Below are positions 1 through 8,541 of a stretch of 64,000 nt of DNA, piece by piece (position 1 is the stretch's first letter; every line of letters begins with the position of its first letter). The notes beneath the pieces are model-generated. The model saw nothing but the letters and a program-made list of their open reading frames with translations. It made no database searches and was not told the origin of the DNA. Origin of the DNA: Parcubacteria group bacterium GW2011_GWC1_45_13 (GTDB lineage Bacteria > Patescibacteriota > Minisyncoccia > UBA11713 > 2-01-FULL-45-33); NCBI GenBank assembly GCA_001001285.1, contig LCKG01000004.1, positions 1,957 through 65,956 on the forward strand, in the 5' to 3' direction. Both the position numbers and the translations under genes were made by a program.

Positions 1-1244
1 ATCTTTCCATTTTCATCAATTGACCAGTTTCCGTTGGAGCTCCAAATGGCTGGCGCTTCAACCGCGTAAACTGCCTTTAATTTGCCGAGAGTTTGGTCGA
101 GCATCCAGCCATTACTTAATTCGCTTGACTCGCTTAATTTACTTAATTCGCTATCTAACTTCGCGTATCCCAAATTTACAAAAACGAGTATTTTTCCCTC
201 TGCTTGGGCTTCGCAAATATTATCTTGGCAAGAAATGCCGTCGAATGACTCCAAAGCAATGCCAATCGTCACTCCGGAAGTAGTCGCTTTCGTTCCCACG
301 CCAGCTTCTGAAGAAATAACGATTCTGTCCCCAACTTTGAGCGGCCCATTTTCCAAAGATATTTTCACCGGAACCCGCCCGGCCATTGCGACGGGATAGC
401 CGTTCGTGCTAGTCGCGTCAGGGCCGAATCCCAAAATGATTCCCGGATCGGTAGAAATAATTCCTATTACTTTATCCGTATTTTCTTTCATGGCCCTTTC
501 CACAAAATTTCCACCCGATGCCATTACTATTTCTCCTGCTTCCAGACTTTGTACGGAATTATATATTTCCGCCACGTCAGTCGCACCAATGGTTGATGTC
601 ACGGAACTTATCCGTCCGGTTGTTGAGGCGTTACAGCCGCCGTCGTTGTCCACACAAAGACCGCCGTTTGAAATTTCAACTCTGGAACCATTCCAGCCAA
701 CCACCAAAGAGCTTCTAGTGGGGCTGGTTGTGCCAATACCTACGCTTCCATATAATATGTTTCCGGCAGTTGTGGTTGTGCCGTAAATCGTCAGAATTGC
801 CGTGCTGTCTAGCATTGCCGAATAACTGTTTACAATACCGGCTGTTGTAGTTGAACTCGGCAAATCAATCCAGCTTAAAATTCCGGCATCCGTATCAAAG
901 GCCATGGGCCCGGTCTGAATTGAATCGGCGGAAATTATGCCGCTTGAGGAATCGTAATTAACAGCGCCAGAATCAACTACGAACCCGCCGTTGATTGAGG
1001 TCGTGGCGTAAGGCCCGTTGGTGTTGAAAGTAAAAAGAGGAGAAGCGGTGGTGGAGGTAGCGATAGACCAGGCGTAGACTTGATTTGAAGGAATTGTGGT
1101 AGTCGCGCTTGATAAATAATTAACAGTTAAAGTGGAGGCCGAAGAAGAAGCGATGTTTAGGATATTCGAGTTAAGCCAGGTGTTGCCGTTTATAGAGAGA
1201 GTAGAAAAAGGAGTTGTTGAAGCAATGCCGACGTTGCCCTTCAT
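1..1244 (-). CDS. 3'-partial Thr/Gly/Ser-rich repetitive beta-helix or tail-fibre-like protein (second segment; continues beyond window start)
   Basis: Hand translation of the minus strand from ATG at 1244 gives MKGNVGIASTTPFSTLSINGN...VYAWSIATSTTASPLFTFNT..., with no stop down to position 1. Composition and the GNVGIG motif match the upstream 683-aa ORF. It lies +1 out of frame with that ORF, so it is either a separate gene or a frameshifted continuation. Confidence 0.45.
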   Translation of the reverse strand, partial: MKGNVGIASTTPFSTLSINGNTWLNSNILNIASSSASTLTVNYLSSATTTIPSNQVYAWSIATSTTASPLFTFNTNGPYATTSINGGFVVDSGAVNYDSSSGIISADSIQTGPMAFDTDAGILSWIDLPSSTTTAGIVNSYSAMLDSTAILTIYGTTTTAGNILYGSVGIGTTSPTRSSLVVGWNGSRVEISNGGLCVDNDGGCNASTTGRISSVTSTIGATDVAEIYNSVQSLEAGEIVMASGGNFVERAMKENTDKVIGIISTDPGIILGFGPDATSTNGYPVAMAGRVPVKISLENGPLKVGDRIVISSEAGVGTKATTSGVTIGIALESFDGISCQDNICEAQAEGKILVFVNLGYAKLDSELSKLSESSELSNGWMLDQTLGKLKAVYAVEAPAIWSSNGNWSIDENGK

Positions 1245-1282
1245 ATATATTTGTCCATCGTTTCTTGCTTCAAAAGAACTCG

Positions 1283-3334
1283 CTAGGCCAGCACCAGCAA
1301 TAGCAAAGCCTTCGGTCGTACCGGAACCGGGGATAATCGTTGTTCCGCCGTCCCAATGCCGACGTTGCCGCTTCCTGCAACCACAAATGACGGCGTTGAT
1401 GTTCCTTCGTCTCCTACCCAAAACGGAAACTGTTGCGTGCCCATCTCTACTGACAAAAGTCCGGTTGGACTCGTCGTCCCGATGCCTAAAGCGCCTGTAA
1501 AGAAAGAAGCTGTTGAAGATGTGGCGTGCAGCCATCCGAAGGTGGGGGTAGTTGAGCCGTAGAAGTTGTGTACAGTGCCGGCGGCGGAAGAAACAATGCT
1601 GATTAAGTCGTTTGAAGCAAATGTTTGAGTTCCTCCTGTAAGCCCGTTAAGAGAAGAGATACCGCTTGCCGCGCCTATGCAAGTTCCGTTGGGCAAGCAA
1701 ACATTCCCTGTTCCTGTTACTTGAATTCCGCCAGCATAAGTTGAGGTGGCGGCGCCCAAAGCGGCAAAGACTCCTCCGGAGAGTATGAGTCCGGATGATT
1801 CAATGGCTCCGGCAGTTGTCGTGGCCATTCCTACTCCCAAGCCTCCGGAAGTTCCTCCGGCGGCTGAAGCTCCAATGAAAACATTCCCTCCTACCGATAA
1901 AAGTTGGGCTGGCGTGGTTGAAGAAATGCCAAGCCTGTTGTTAGCAGTGTTCCAGAAAAGATTGGAGTTGGTCAAAAAAGGTCCCGTGCCGTTTCCATAA
2001 AGTATTCCTCCGCTAATCAGAGTGGTTGTGCCTGTGCCTCCTATGTTAGTAGCAAGTGTTGAGGAAGAAGAAAGAATGCCGGTAGAGCCGAGCTCTGCTA
2101 TGCCCGCTCCCAAAGAACTGAATCTTACAGTACTTGTTGCAAAGAGCGTTCCGAAAAAAGGAGAAGAAGAGGCGTTGAAGTAGTGCACCGATCCTGCCGC
2201 TGGAGAAACGACATCTATGGGACCGCTGGCAGAGAAGGTCTGCGTTCCCCCTGTAAGCCCGTTAAGAGAGGTGATGCCTCCGCTTCCGGCTCCGGCGCAA
2301 GTGCCGTCAAGTAAAAGAAAACATCCTCCGGTAAGTTTTATCCCGTTGGCGAAAGTTGAAGTGGCCGAACCCGTCACCGCTAAATATCCGGTAGAAGTTG
2401 CATTTTGAAAAGTTAAATCTCCAACTACCGTTGAGGACGCCAGTGAAATAAATCCACCTGTTGTCAGAAGCCCAGACAAATTAAGTGTGGACGCGGAAAG
2501 AGAGTTTGTTGAAAGAGATGTAAATCCGGAAGCGGCTCCGGCAGAAGTAATTTTCCACGTATTGGAGGTGATTTCAGTGGATTTGGCCGAGTCGCCTAAA
2601 ATAATATTTCCAGTAGCAGTAAGATTTCCTCCTGTGGAAATTCCGTTGGAGAAATCTCCAAAAGAAGCTGAAACGCCCGAGCCGGTTTGCGGCGGAGAGT
2701 TGTAGGTTGGTCCGGGAATTGAGGCCGTTAAGAAAACAACCGGGTTTTGAACTTGATTGGAAGGAAGTCTTTTTTCCAAAGCCGCAAGAGAAAGCTGGAT
2801 TTGTGCAATAATGGAAGAGTTTATCTGGGCAAGGCGCTGGTCAATGTTTGAAGGAACAGAAAATTTGGACTCCAAAGAAGCCAACCTTGTTTGAAACGAG
2901 TCTAGACGGGCAAAGATTCCAGTCCAAGGCTGGTCCGTATTTGGTTGAGATGATGACTGGACTTTCGCAACAGACGGAGTTTCTGAAGTAGAAGTGCCGA
3001 AAGTCACAACTCTACTCCCCTCTGTGGGCAGCTCCAGAGTAGGAGCTTTCCCGGGCAACTCTTTGGCTATTTCAGTGGGTTCTGTGTATAGAAAATCTTC
3101 TACGACTAGCTTAAAGCCGCGCCCCAACGAAATCGTATAATCCCGCCAGGCGAAAAGATTACCCAAAAACCTGTCTTTAATATCGGAGAGAGAAAGTTTT
3201 ATATCTTCTAAAGTGAAAGGCGGTGCCGGTAAAGCGGCCAGAGATATCTCGGGAAGCGAGATATTACTCATTATATCTGGGAGTTCTGACAGCGATAGAA
3301 CGGTATAATCTTTCCAGGCAAAAAGATTGTTCAA
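1283..3334 (-). CDS. large Thr/Gly/Ser-rich repetitive surface or tail-fibre-like protein
   Basis: 683-aa ORF with low-complexity G/T/S repeats and duplicated modules (ISSLNGLTGGTQTF occurs twice; GNVGIGT / LGIGTTSP motifs typical of fibre or beta-helix proteins). N-terminal tandem repeat NLFAW(K/R)DYT. The C-terminal about 20 aa look out of frame. Confidence 0.6.
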   Translation of the reverse strand: MNNLFAWKDYTVLSLSELPDIMSNISLPEISLAALPAPPFTLEDIKLSLSDIKDRFLGNLFAWRDYTISLGRGFKLVVEDFLYTEPTEIAKELPGKAPTLELPTEGSRVVTFGTSTSETPSVAKVQSSSQPNTDQPWTGIFARLDSFQTRLASLESKFSVPSNIDQRLAQINSSIIAQIQLSLAALEKRLPSNQVQNPVVFLTASIPGPTYNSPPQTGSGVSASFGDFSNGISTGGNLTATGNIILGDSAKSTEITSNTWKITSAGAASGFTSLSTNSLSASTLNLSGLLTTGGFISLASSTVVGDLTFQNATSTGYLAVTGSATSTFANGIKLTGGCFLLLDGTCAGAGSGGITSLNGLTGGTQTFSASGPIDVVSPAAGSVHYFNASSSPFFGTLFATSTVRFSSLGAGIAELGSTGILSSSSTLATNIGGTGTTTLISGGILYGNGTGPFLTNSNLFWNTANNRLGISSTTPAQLLSVGGNVFIGASAAGGTSGGLGVGMATTTAGAIESSGLILSGGVFAALGAATSTYAGGIQVTGTGNVCLPNGTCIGAASGISSLNGLTGGTQTFASNDLISIVSSAAGTVHNFYGSTTPTFGWLHATSSTASFFTGALGIGTTSPTGLLSVEMGTQQFPFWVGDEGTSTPSFVVAGSGNVGIGTAEQRLSPVPVRPKALLLLVLA

Positions 3335-3350
3335 AAACCTGTTTTTAATA

Positions 3351-3842
3351 TTAAACAGAGATAGTTTTATATCTTCTAAAGTGAAAGGCAGTGCTTTTTT
3401 CTGACATTGCGCCGATTTTATTCATAACATCCAAAGAGCCGTCCGGATTCCAAAATATTAAGTTAAGCACGATCAGAGCGCTGGCAATCAGCGGAAATTT
3501 TTTTGATTTGAGCGCATCGGATAAGCTAAAAAATTTTTCTTCATAACCCAACAGGGCCTGGTCCCAATCGTCTAAACGAGATTTGCGAATAGAAAAAATT
3601 TGTCTTGTCAGTCCGTATAATTTATGAATCTCGCCAAAGCGAGCTGTTAAATTATTTTTTATACTTTTTAGTTGATTACCTTCGTTTCTATAATTTAAAA
3701 TTGATCTTTCCGAGACCATCCAATCTCGGCCGATGCGTCTACATTTCACTTTGCCAAGACGGCAAAGCTGGCCAACATAATCACTTGTGTAACCAGTTAT
3801 CTTTGCTACTTGTTTTGACGAGATATATTTCTCACCAGACAT
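3351..3842 (-). CDS. membrane-anchored HTH (MerR/excisionase-like HTH_17) protein
   Basis: N-terminal SKQVAKITGYTSDYVGQLCRLGKVKCRRIGRDWMV helix-turn-helix, followed by a hydrophobic segment FPLIASALIVLNLIFW. Confidence 0.45.
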   Translation of the reverse strand: MSGEKYISSKQVAKITGYTSDYVGQLCRLGKVKCRRIGRDWMVSERSILNYRNEGNQLKSIKNNLTARFGEIHKLYGLTRQIFSIRKSRLDDWDQALLGYEEKFFSLSDALKSKKFPLIASALIVLNLIFWNPDGSLDVMNKIGAMSEKSTAFHFRRYKTISV

Positions 3843-3985
3843 GATGTATAATAAAAGTATATCGTTCTACCGAGATAACATAAAATGTTTCTGTGGATAA
3901 ATAAGATAAAAAATTAAAAAGTGAAGGCAAAAACTGAAATTATCTAAAAAATAATTTTAATAAACATTATTAAACATTAATAACA

Positions 3986-4318
3986 ATGAATCCGAGAAAG
4001 CAGAAAAATGATATTAAGGCGTTTATTGATTTTTTTCATGACGCTTGTTTAAAAATAAGGAAAGAAAAACCAAAATTCGCCCGCGGGAAAGACGGTAAGT
4101 TGGCTAAATACGCTTTAGCAAAATTTTCACGCGTACAGCTTGAGATGCTGGCGGTATGGTTTTTGGCCAAAAAACCCAAGCTTGCTCCAAGCATGGGCGC
4201 TATGCTATCTTCAAATGTGCTTTTGGAGCTTGAACGAGAAATAAAGAAGCCAAGTTTCTGGAAGGACTTGGACTCAATTTTAGAATCAAGCAAATATGAT
4301 TTTACAAAAAGAAAATAA
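3986..4318 (+). CDS. hypothetical basic protein
   Basis: 110-aa ORF downstream of an AT-rich promoter region. No recognisable motif. Confidence 0.35.
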   Translation: MNPRKQKNDIKAFIDFFHDACLKIRKEKPKFARGKDGKLAKYALAKFSRVQLEMLAVWFLAKKPKLAPSMGAMLSSNVLLELEREIKKPSFWKDLDSILESSKYDFTKRK

Positions 4319-4829
4319 AATATTACGTAAAAGCGCCGAGGCAGTTGCCAGCCCGAACTCCGCGGACATTAAAACACTTATTAAAAAAATGGCCGAGGCA
4401 ATGTTCGCGGAGCCAGATGGCATTGGCATTGCCGCCCCGCAAATCGGAACGAATCTGCGGATTTTTTTAGTAGCTAAAGAAGCAGCTATAAAAAGCGCCG
4501 ATTGGCTTCACGAAAAAATCGGTGGTAAAAATAAAACAAGAAACGTGGAATATTTGGTTTTTATAAACCCCGTTGTCAAAAACTTTGCGTCTAAAACAAC
4601 AAAAGACATTGAAGGATGTCTTTCTGTGCGCGGATTTTATGGTGAGGTACCGAGGGCGGAGAAAATTACGATTGAGTATTTAGACGAATTTGGAAAAAAA
4701 CGCCAACGGGGGGCATCAGGGCTTTTTGCGAGAGTCATCCAGCACGAGCTGGATCACCTAAGCGGCGTTTTATTTATTGATAAAGCAAAAAAAATTAAAC
4801 ATTTTCCGCAAAATTTAAAAGATGCCTAA
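4296..4829 (+). CDS. def: peptide deformylase
   Basis: Three PDF motifs: GIGIAAPQIG, EGCLS and HELDHL. Confidence 0.9.
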   Translation: MILQKENKILRKSAEAVASPNSADIKTLIKKMAEAMFAEPDGIGIAAPQIGTNLRIFLVAKEAAIKSADWLHEKIGGKNKTRNVEYLVFINPVVKNFASKTTKDIEGCLSVRGFYGEVPRAEKITIEYLDEFGKKRQRGASGLFARVIQHELDHLSGVLFIDKAKKIKHFPQNLKDA

Positions 4830-5553
4830 AAAAATAATTTTCTTCGGCGGTTTTAAGGTGTTTTCTGAAATATATCTTAATGCTCTCAAAAGCGCCGGTT
4901 TTGAAATTGTCTTAGAAGCCAAAAACGCGGATCTGGGCATTATTGCTTACTACGGAAAAATTATACCGAAAGCTGTTTTGGAGCTACCTAAATATGGGTT
5001 TTTGAACGCCCACCCGTCGCTGCTCCCCCGCTGGCGGGGGCCGTCTCCAATCCAGGCGGCTATTTTGGCCGGAGACAAAACCACCGGTGTGACTATACAT
5101 ATGGCAACGGAGGAGCCTGACGCCGGGCCGATTTTAGCCCAGAAAGAAATTCCGATAGAGCCCGAGGATACCTGTTTTAGCTTAACCGGGAAGCTCGCTA
5201 ATGAAGGCGCGGCGCTTTTAATCCCGACTATTGAAAAATGGCTTTTGGGTAAAATTGCTCCAAAAGAGCAGGACCACTCCAAGGCCACTTTCACTAGATT
5301 GATTAAAAAAGAAGATGGGCTGATTGATTGGACCAAGGGCGCCGAATATATAGAAAGAATGGTGCGGGCGTATAACCAGTGGCCCGGGACATTCATAAAA
5401 ATGAAAAATGGGAAGATTTTAAAAATAAAAAAGGCAGCGGTAATAAATGGTGCTTTAAAACTTTTAATAGTCCAGCCGGAGGGGAAAAAAGAAATGGCGT
5501 ATGACGCTTTTGTGAGAGGACACAGGGAGATTATAGGAGAGCCGCTCCGATAG
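4822..5553 (+). CDS. fmt: methionyl-tRNA formyltransferase
   Basis: NAHPSLLPRWRGPSPIQAAILAGDKTTGVTIH formyltransferase core. Follows def as in the canonical def-fmt operon. Confidence 0.85.
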   Translation: MPKKIIFFGGFKVFSEIYLNALKSAGFEIVLEAKNADLGIIAYYGKIIPKAVLELPKYGFLNAHPSLLPRWRGPSPIQAAILAGDKTTGVTIHMATEEPDAGPILAQKEIPIEPEDTCFSLTGKLANEGAALLIPTIEKWLLGKIAPKEQDHSKATFTRLIKKEDGLIDWTKGAEYIERMVRAYNQWPGTFIKMKNGKILKIKKAAVINGALKLLIVQPEGKKEMAYDAFVRGHREIIGEPLR

Positions 5554-6226
5554 CAGCGGCGTTTTTGCCGAATTTCGATTTTCTTACAGGCAATTTTACC
5601 GCTTTTTGAAACTCAGCCACAAAATTTTGCCTTCCGGTTACTCCCCCGCCAACTATTATTAGTTTAGGGTTGTATTCTTTAAAGCGCCATTTCAAATGTT
5701 GGACTAAAAAAATGGCGAGGGCGTAGTTATTTTTTGAATCGCGTAATTTCTGATATTCTTTTTCCCAGCTCTCTGGGTACTCAAATTTTTTAATTTTTAA
5801 AATTTTGCCGGCTCTGCTGATCGCGCGCCCTATGCCCGTCCCCAGCGTAATAAATAAAACGGCCTGCCCGTCTAAATGCGTTAGCCCTGCCTTGCCAGTA
5901 GGCAGGTTTTGGTGGGCTCTCGCGAAACACCTAGCATCGTTATCAAGCCGCAACTTAGACGTCGGACGTCTAAGTTGCGAAATATCAAAATTTTTAAGAT
6001 ATTTAATGTTGGGGCAAAATAGAATTTTATTTCCTGAAACTGCGCCGGGCACTCCGATGCCGATTTTCTTTGCGCGGTAACTTTTTAAAATATTTTCCAA
6101 AAGCTTTTTAAAAGCGGCTAAATTTTTAGGCGTTTTAAACTCGCGAGCTTTTACGGCCCGCTTGCTGTCCCACAAAACCGCGCGTATTTTTGTGCCTCCA
6201 ATGTCTATACCTAACATAATATCCAT
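5531..6226 (-). CDS. ROK / BadF-type sugar kinase (putative glucokinase)
   Basis: N-terminal MLGIDIGGTKIR actin-fold ATPase phosphate-1 motif and GIGVPG. Carries in-frame palindromic insertions (see findings). Confidence 0.6.
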   Translation of the reverse strand: MDIMLGIDIGGTKIRAVLWDSKRAVKAREFKTPKNLAAFKKLLENILKSYRAKKIGIGVPGAVSGNKILFCPNIKYLKNFDISQLRRPTSKLRLDNDARCFARAHQNLPTGKAGLTHLDGQAVLFITLGTGIGRAISRAGKILKIKKFEYPESWEKEYQKLRDSKNNYALAIFLVQHLKWRFKEYNPKLIIVGGGVTGRQNFVAEFQKAVKLPVRKSKFGKNAAAIGAALL

Positions 6227-6231
6227 CCTTA

Positions 6232-6266
6232 GGCTTGTGTCCTACCGCTAGACGACCCCTCACAAC
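6232..6266 (-). pseudogene. truncated tRNA-like fragment (5' half: acceptor + D-arm), duplicate of adjacent tRNA-Gln
   Basis: tgtgtcctaccgCtagacgaCcccc matches the tRNA-Gln 5' half (tgtgtcctaccgTtagacgaTcccc). No anticodon or T-arm follows. Abuts the ROK start codon. Confidence 0.35.
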
Positions 6267-6271
6267 CATAA

Positions 6272-6342
6272 CTGGGGGACCTGGATTCGAACCAGGATAC
6301 CATCCTCCAAAGGGATGTGTCCTACCGTTAGACGATCCCCCA
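6272..6342 (-). tRNA. tRNA-Gln (anticodon UUG)
   Basis: Cloverleaf folds: acceptor UGGGGGA/UCCCCCA with U1-A72 and G73 (Gln identity), D-stem GUCU/GGAC, anticodon loop CUUUGGA, T-arm CCUGG-UUCGAAU-CCAGG. Confidence 0.8.
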
Positions 6343-6454
6343 GCTATGGTTGCGAATTTTCGATGCTTCTTATAATTTTTTCTTTATTGTATTATTTTAT
6401 CCACGTTTCCGTTTTTTGGCAATTGCGATTTATGATGTTCAGTTTCTTTGAAAC

Positions 6455-6483
6455 TTGACGTATTAACATGTTCGTGTTAGTAT
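6455..6483 (+). promoter_or_regulatory. sigma70-like promoter (TTGACG-17-TAGTAT)
   Basis: -35 TTGACG at 6455-6460, 17-nt spacer, -10 TAGTAT at 6478-6483, about 50 nt upstream of the 6534 gene. A small hairpin accgcc-acataa-ggcggtttt follows. Confidence 0.4.
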
Positions 6484-6533
6484 GTCAATACAACCTGATA
6501 CCGCCACATAAGGCGGTTTTATGTTGAAAATAC

Positions 6534-6899
6534 ATGAATTATCTCGTTTTAGCGGTAATTACAGCGCTTTTTTCTTTTCCGCAAAAAGCCCAAGAACAAG
6601 TTTTGCCGGAAACGCCGGCCAGCGTTACAGAAAACGCTACTCCGGAAATTTTGGAGAAAATCGCCATTTGTGAATCGCGAGGCAGACATTTTGACGAAAA
6701 CGGCAAAGTGCTTACCGGCGAAATTAATAAATATGACGTTGGCAAATATCAGATCAACGCTCTTTACTGGCGCGAGCTTGCGGAACGGCTCGGACACAAC
6801 ATTGATGACAAAGACGGCAATGAGGCAATGGCGATTGAGCTTTATCGACGGTATGGAACGGCACCGTGGAAATCATCAAAAAAATGCTGGGACAAATAA
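6534..6899 (+). CDS. secreted transglycosylase-like (Rpf / lysozyme-like) protein
   Basis: Signal peptide, then ICESRG...GKYQINALYW resembling the CESGG...YQF..W core of resuscitation-promoting-factor / transglycosylase-like domains. Confidence 0.5.
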   Translation: MNYLVLAVITALFSFPQKAQEQVLPETPASVTENATPEILEKIAICESRGRHFDENGKVLTGEINKYDVGKYQINALYWRELAERLGHNIDDKDGNEAMAIELYRRYGTAPWKSSKKCWDK

Positions 6900-6905
6900 A
6901 GCGGA

Positions 6906-8009
6906 TTATTTATACGTCGCGATTTTAATCAGCGCCAACTCCAGAGGCAGAGATGTGGAGTAATCGTCTGTGTGGGTGTCCAATGAATTCATTATTTGGT
7001 GAAGGGCATGCTCGGCACGTCCGGCTTCAGAAGGGACCATCTTTTTAAATTCCGTTATCTCATCTCCGGAAAATTCGCGCTCTAACATACGCTCCGTTTT
7101 AGGGTCAAGCGCCAAAAAATAAATCGCCCGCAAGCTCCGCAAAAGCAATTTTCCCAAAAGCGCTGGGTCTATTCCCTCTTCCAGAACTTTATCTAAAAGT
7201 TTTAAAACTTCTTCAACGTTTTTTTCAAACGCGATTTTTATTATTTTCTCTACGCTCTCCTCCTCCGGCGCCCCTAAAAGTGTGCGCACATCTGCCTCTT
7301 TGATATTTTTCTCTCCTAAACTTGCGATTTGAAACAAAATATTTTCGGCGTCCCGCAAAGAGCCGTCCGCGAAAAAAGCGATCAGTTTCAAAACATCGTC
7401 TTCCGTGGTAAGTTTTTCCTCTAAAGATATCTTTTCAAGTTCTTTGACTATATCCGGAATCGCAACCTTATTAAATTGAAAATGCTGTGTTCTAGAGATT
7501 ATCGTATCTGGAACTTTTGCAGGCTCAGTGGTGGCCAAAATAAAAATAGCATGCTCCGGCGGTTCCTCCAAGGTTTTTAAAAGTGCGTTGAAGGACTCTT
7601 TGGTCAACATATGCACTTCGTCAATAATGTAAGTTTTATATTTTGAGCGGAGCGGCACCGTGCGCACGGCTTCCCGTAAAGCTCTTGCTTCGTCTATCCC
7701 CCGGGATGAAGCCGCGTCAATTTCAATAACATCCTCTTCATAGGAACCTGTTTCTCTAGCCAAAATTCTGGCCACGGTCGTCTTTCCGGTTCCTCTCGGA
7801 CCCGAAAAAAGATAGGCGTGGGCGACACGTTTTTTTGAAACAGCGTTTTTTAAAATTTTGATAGTGTTCTCCTGTCCCACTACATCTTCAAAACGCTGCG
7901 GACGGTATTTTCTATAAAAAACCTGTGACATATTATTTTTTAAACACAAAAAACTTAAATCCGATAAAATTCCAGATAAGCACAGCAATATTGGCGATAA
8001 ATTTTGCAA
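6906..8009 (-). CDS. dnaX: DNA polymerase III subunit gamma/tau (short form)
   Basis: YRPQRFEDVVGQE...AYLFSGPRGTGKTT Walker A clamp-loader signature. Confidence 0.85.
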   Translation of the reverse strand: MQNLSPILLCLSGILSDLSFLCLKNNMSQVFYRKYRPQRFEDVVGQENTIKILKNAVSKKRVAHAYLFSGPRGTGKTTVARILARETGSYEEDVIEIDAASSRGIDEARALREAVRTVPLRSKYKTYIIDEVHMLTKESFNALLKTLEEPPEHAIFILATTEPAKVPDTIISRTQHFQFNKVAIPDIVKELEKISLEEKLTTEDDVLKLIAFFADGSLRDAENILFQIASLGEKNIKEADVRTLLGAPEEESVEKIIKIAFEKNVEEVLKLLDKVLEEGIDPALLGKLLLRSLRAIYFLALDPKTERMLEREFSGDEITEFKKMVPSEAGRAEHALHQIMNSLDTHTDDYSTSLPLELALIKIATYK

Positions 8010-8541
8010 CGTTCAGCCATTTTGACGGCCCTACAGCGGAAATTATTGAAACGGGCGCGTATGTTGTAAGTATTATAATAAGGACACTGTTAATGACAAG
8101 CCCACCAATGCCAACCGCGAAAAATTTCGGAAAATCTTGGAACAAATTATTTTCGTCGTAATCTTTAAAAACCCAGAGCTTGTTCCATAAATATCCATTT
8201 ATCACTGCAATTAAAAATCCTGGCGCATTGACCCAGCCGACAACGATGCCAGCGGTTACGCCAGTAATATAGCTTGTAAAGTTTAAAACTGTGAAGTCAA
8301 TCGCTGTTGAAAGAAATCCGGCGGCGGCATAGCGCCCAAATTGCGAAAAAAATGGCTTGACGTGTGCTCCAAGAAAATTGCCTAGCCAAACCCCCACCGC
8401 CCAAAGAATTGGAATAAAAACCAAGGCAACGAGATTTTGATATGGGAAAACAATATTTAAAAAACGCAAAATAACCAGCCCGAGCGCTCCCGTCAAAAAC
8501 CCCGCAACAGCACCGATCAAATAATCTTTTTTGGTGGTCAT
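7933..8541 (-). CDS. GtrA-family polysaccharide-synthesis membrane protein
   Basis: About 200 aa with 4 TM helices and the GtrA-like WNKLWVF motif. Confidence 0.65.
   Translation of the reverse strand: MTTKKDYLIGAVAGFLTGALGLVILRFLNIVFPYQNLVALVFIPILWAVGVWLGNFLGAHVKPFFSQFGRYAAAGFLSTAIDFTVLNFTSYITGVTAGIVVGWVNAPGFLIAVINGYLWNKLWVFKDYDENNLFQDFPKFFAVGIGGLVINSVLIIILTTYAPVSIISAVGPSKWLNVAKFIANIAVLIWNFIGFKFFVFKK

Noticed and set aside
20-786. Plus-strand ORFs 20-283, 82-399, 406-786, 518-718 and the plus-strand ORFs at 1132-2705
   Set aside because: They lie antisense to the long minus-strand repetitive gene and have no motifs. They are typical shadow ORFs of a biased-composition repeat gene.
5805-6080. 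91-aa plus-strand ORF inside the ROK kinase gene
   Set aside because: It is antisense to a gene with a clear ATPase motif. Its apparent length comes from the stop-free palindromes it spans.
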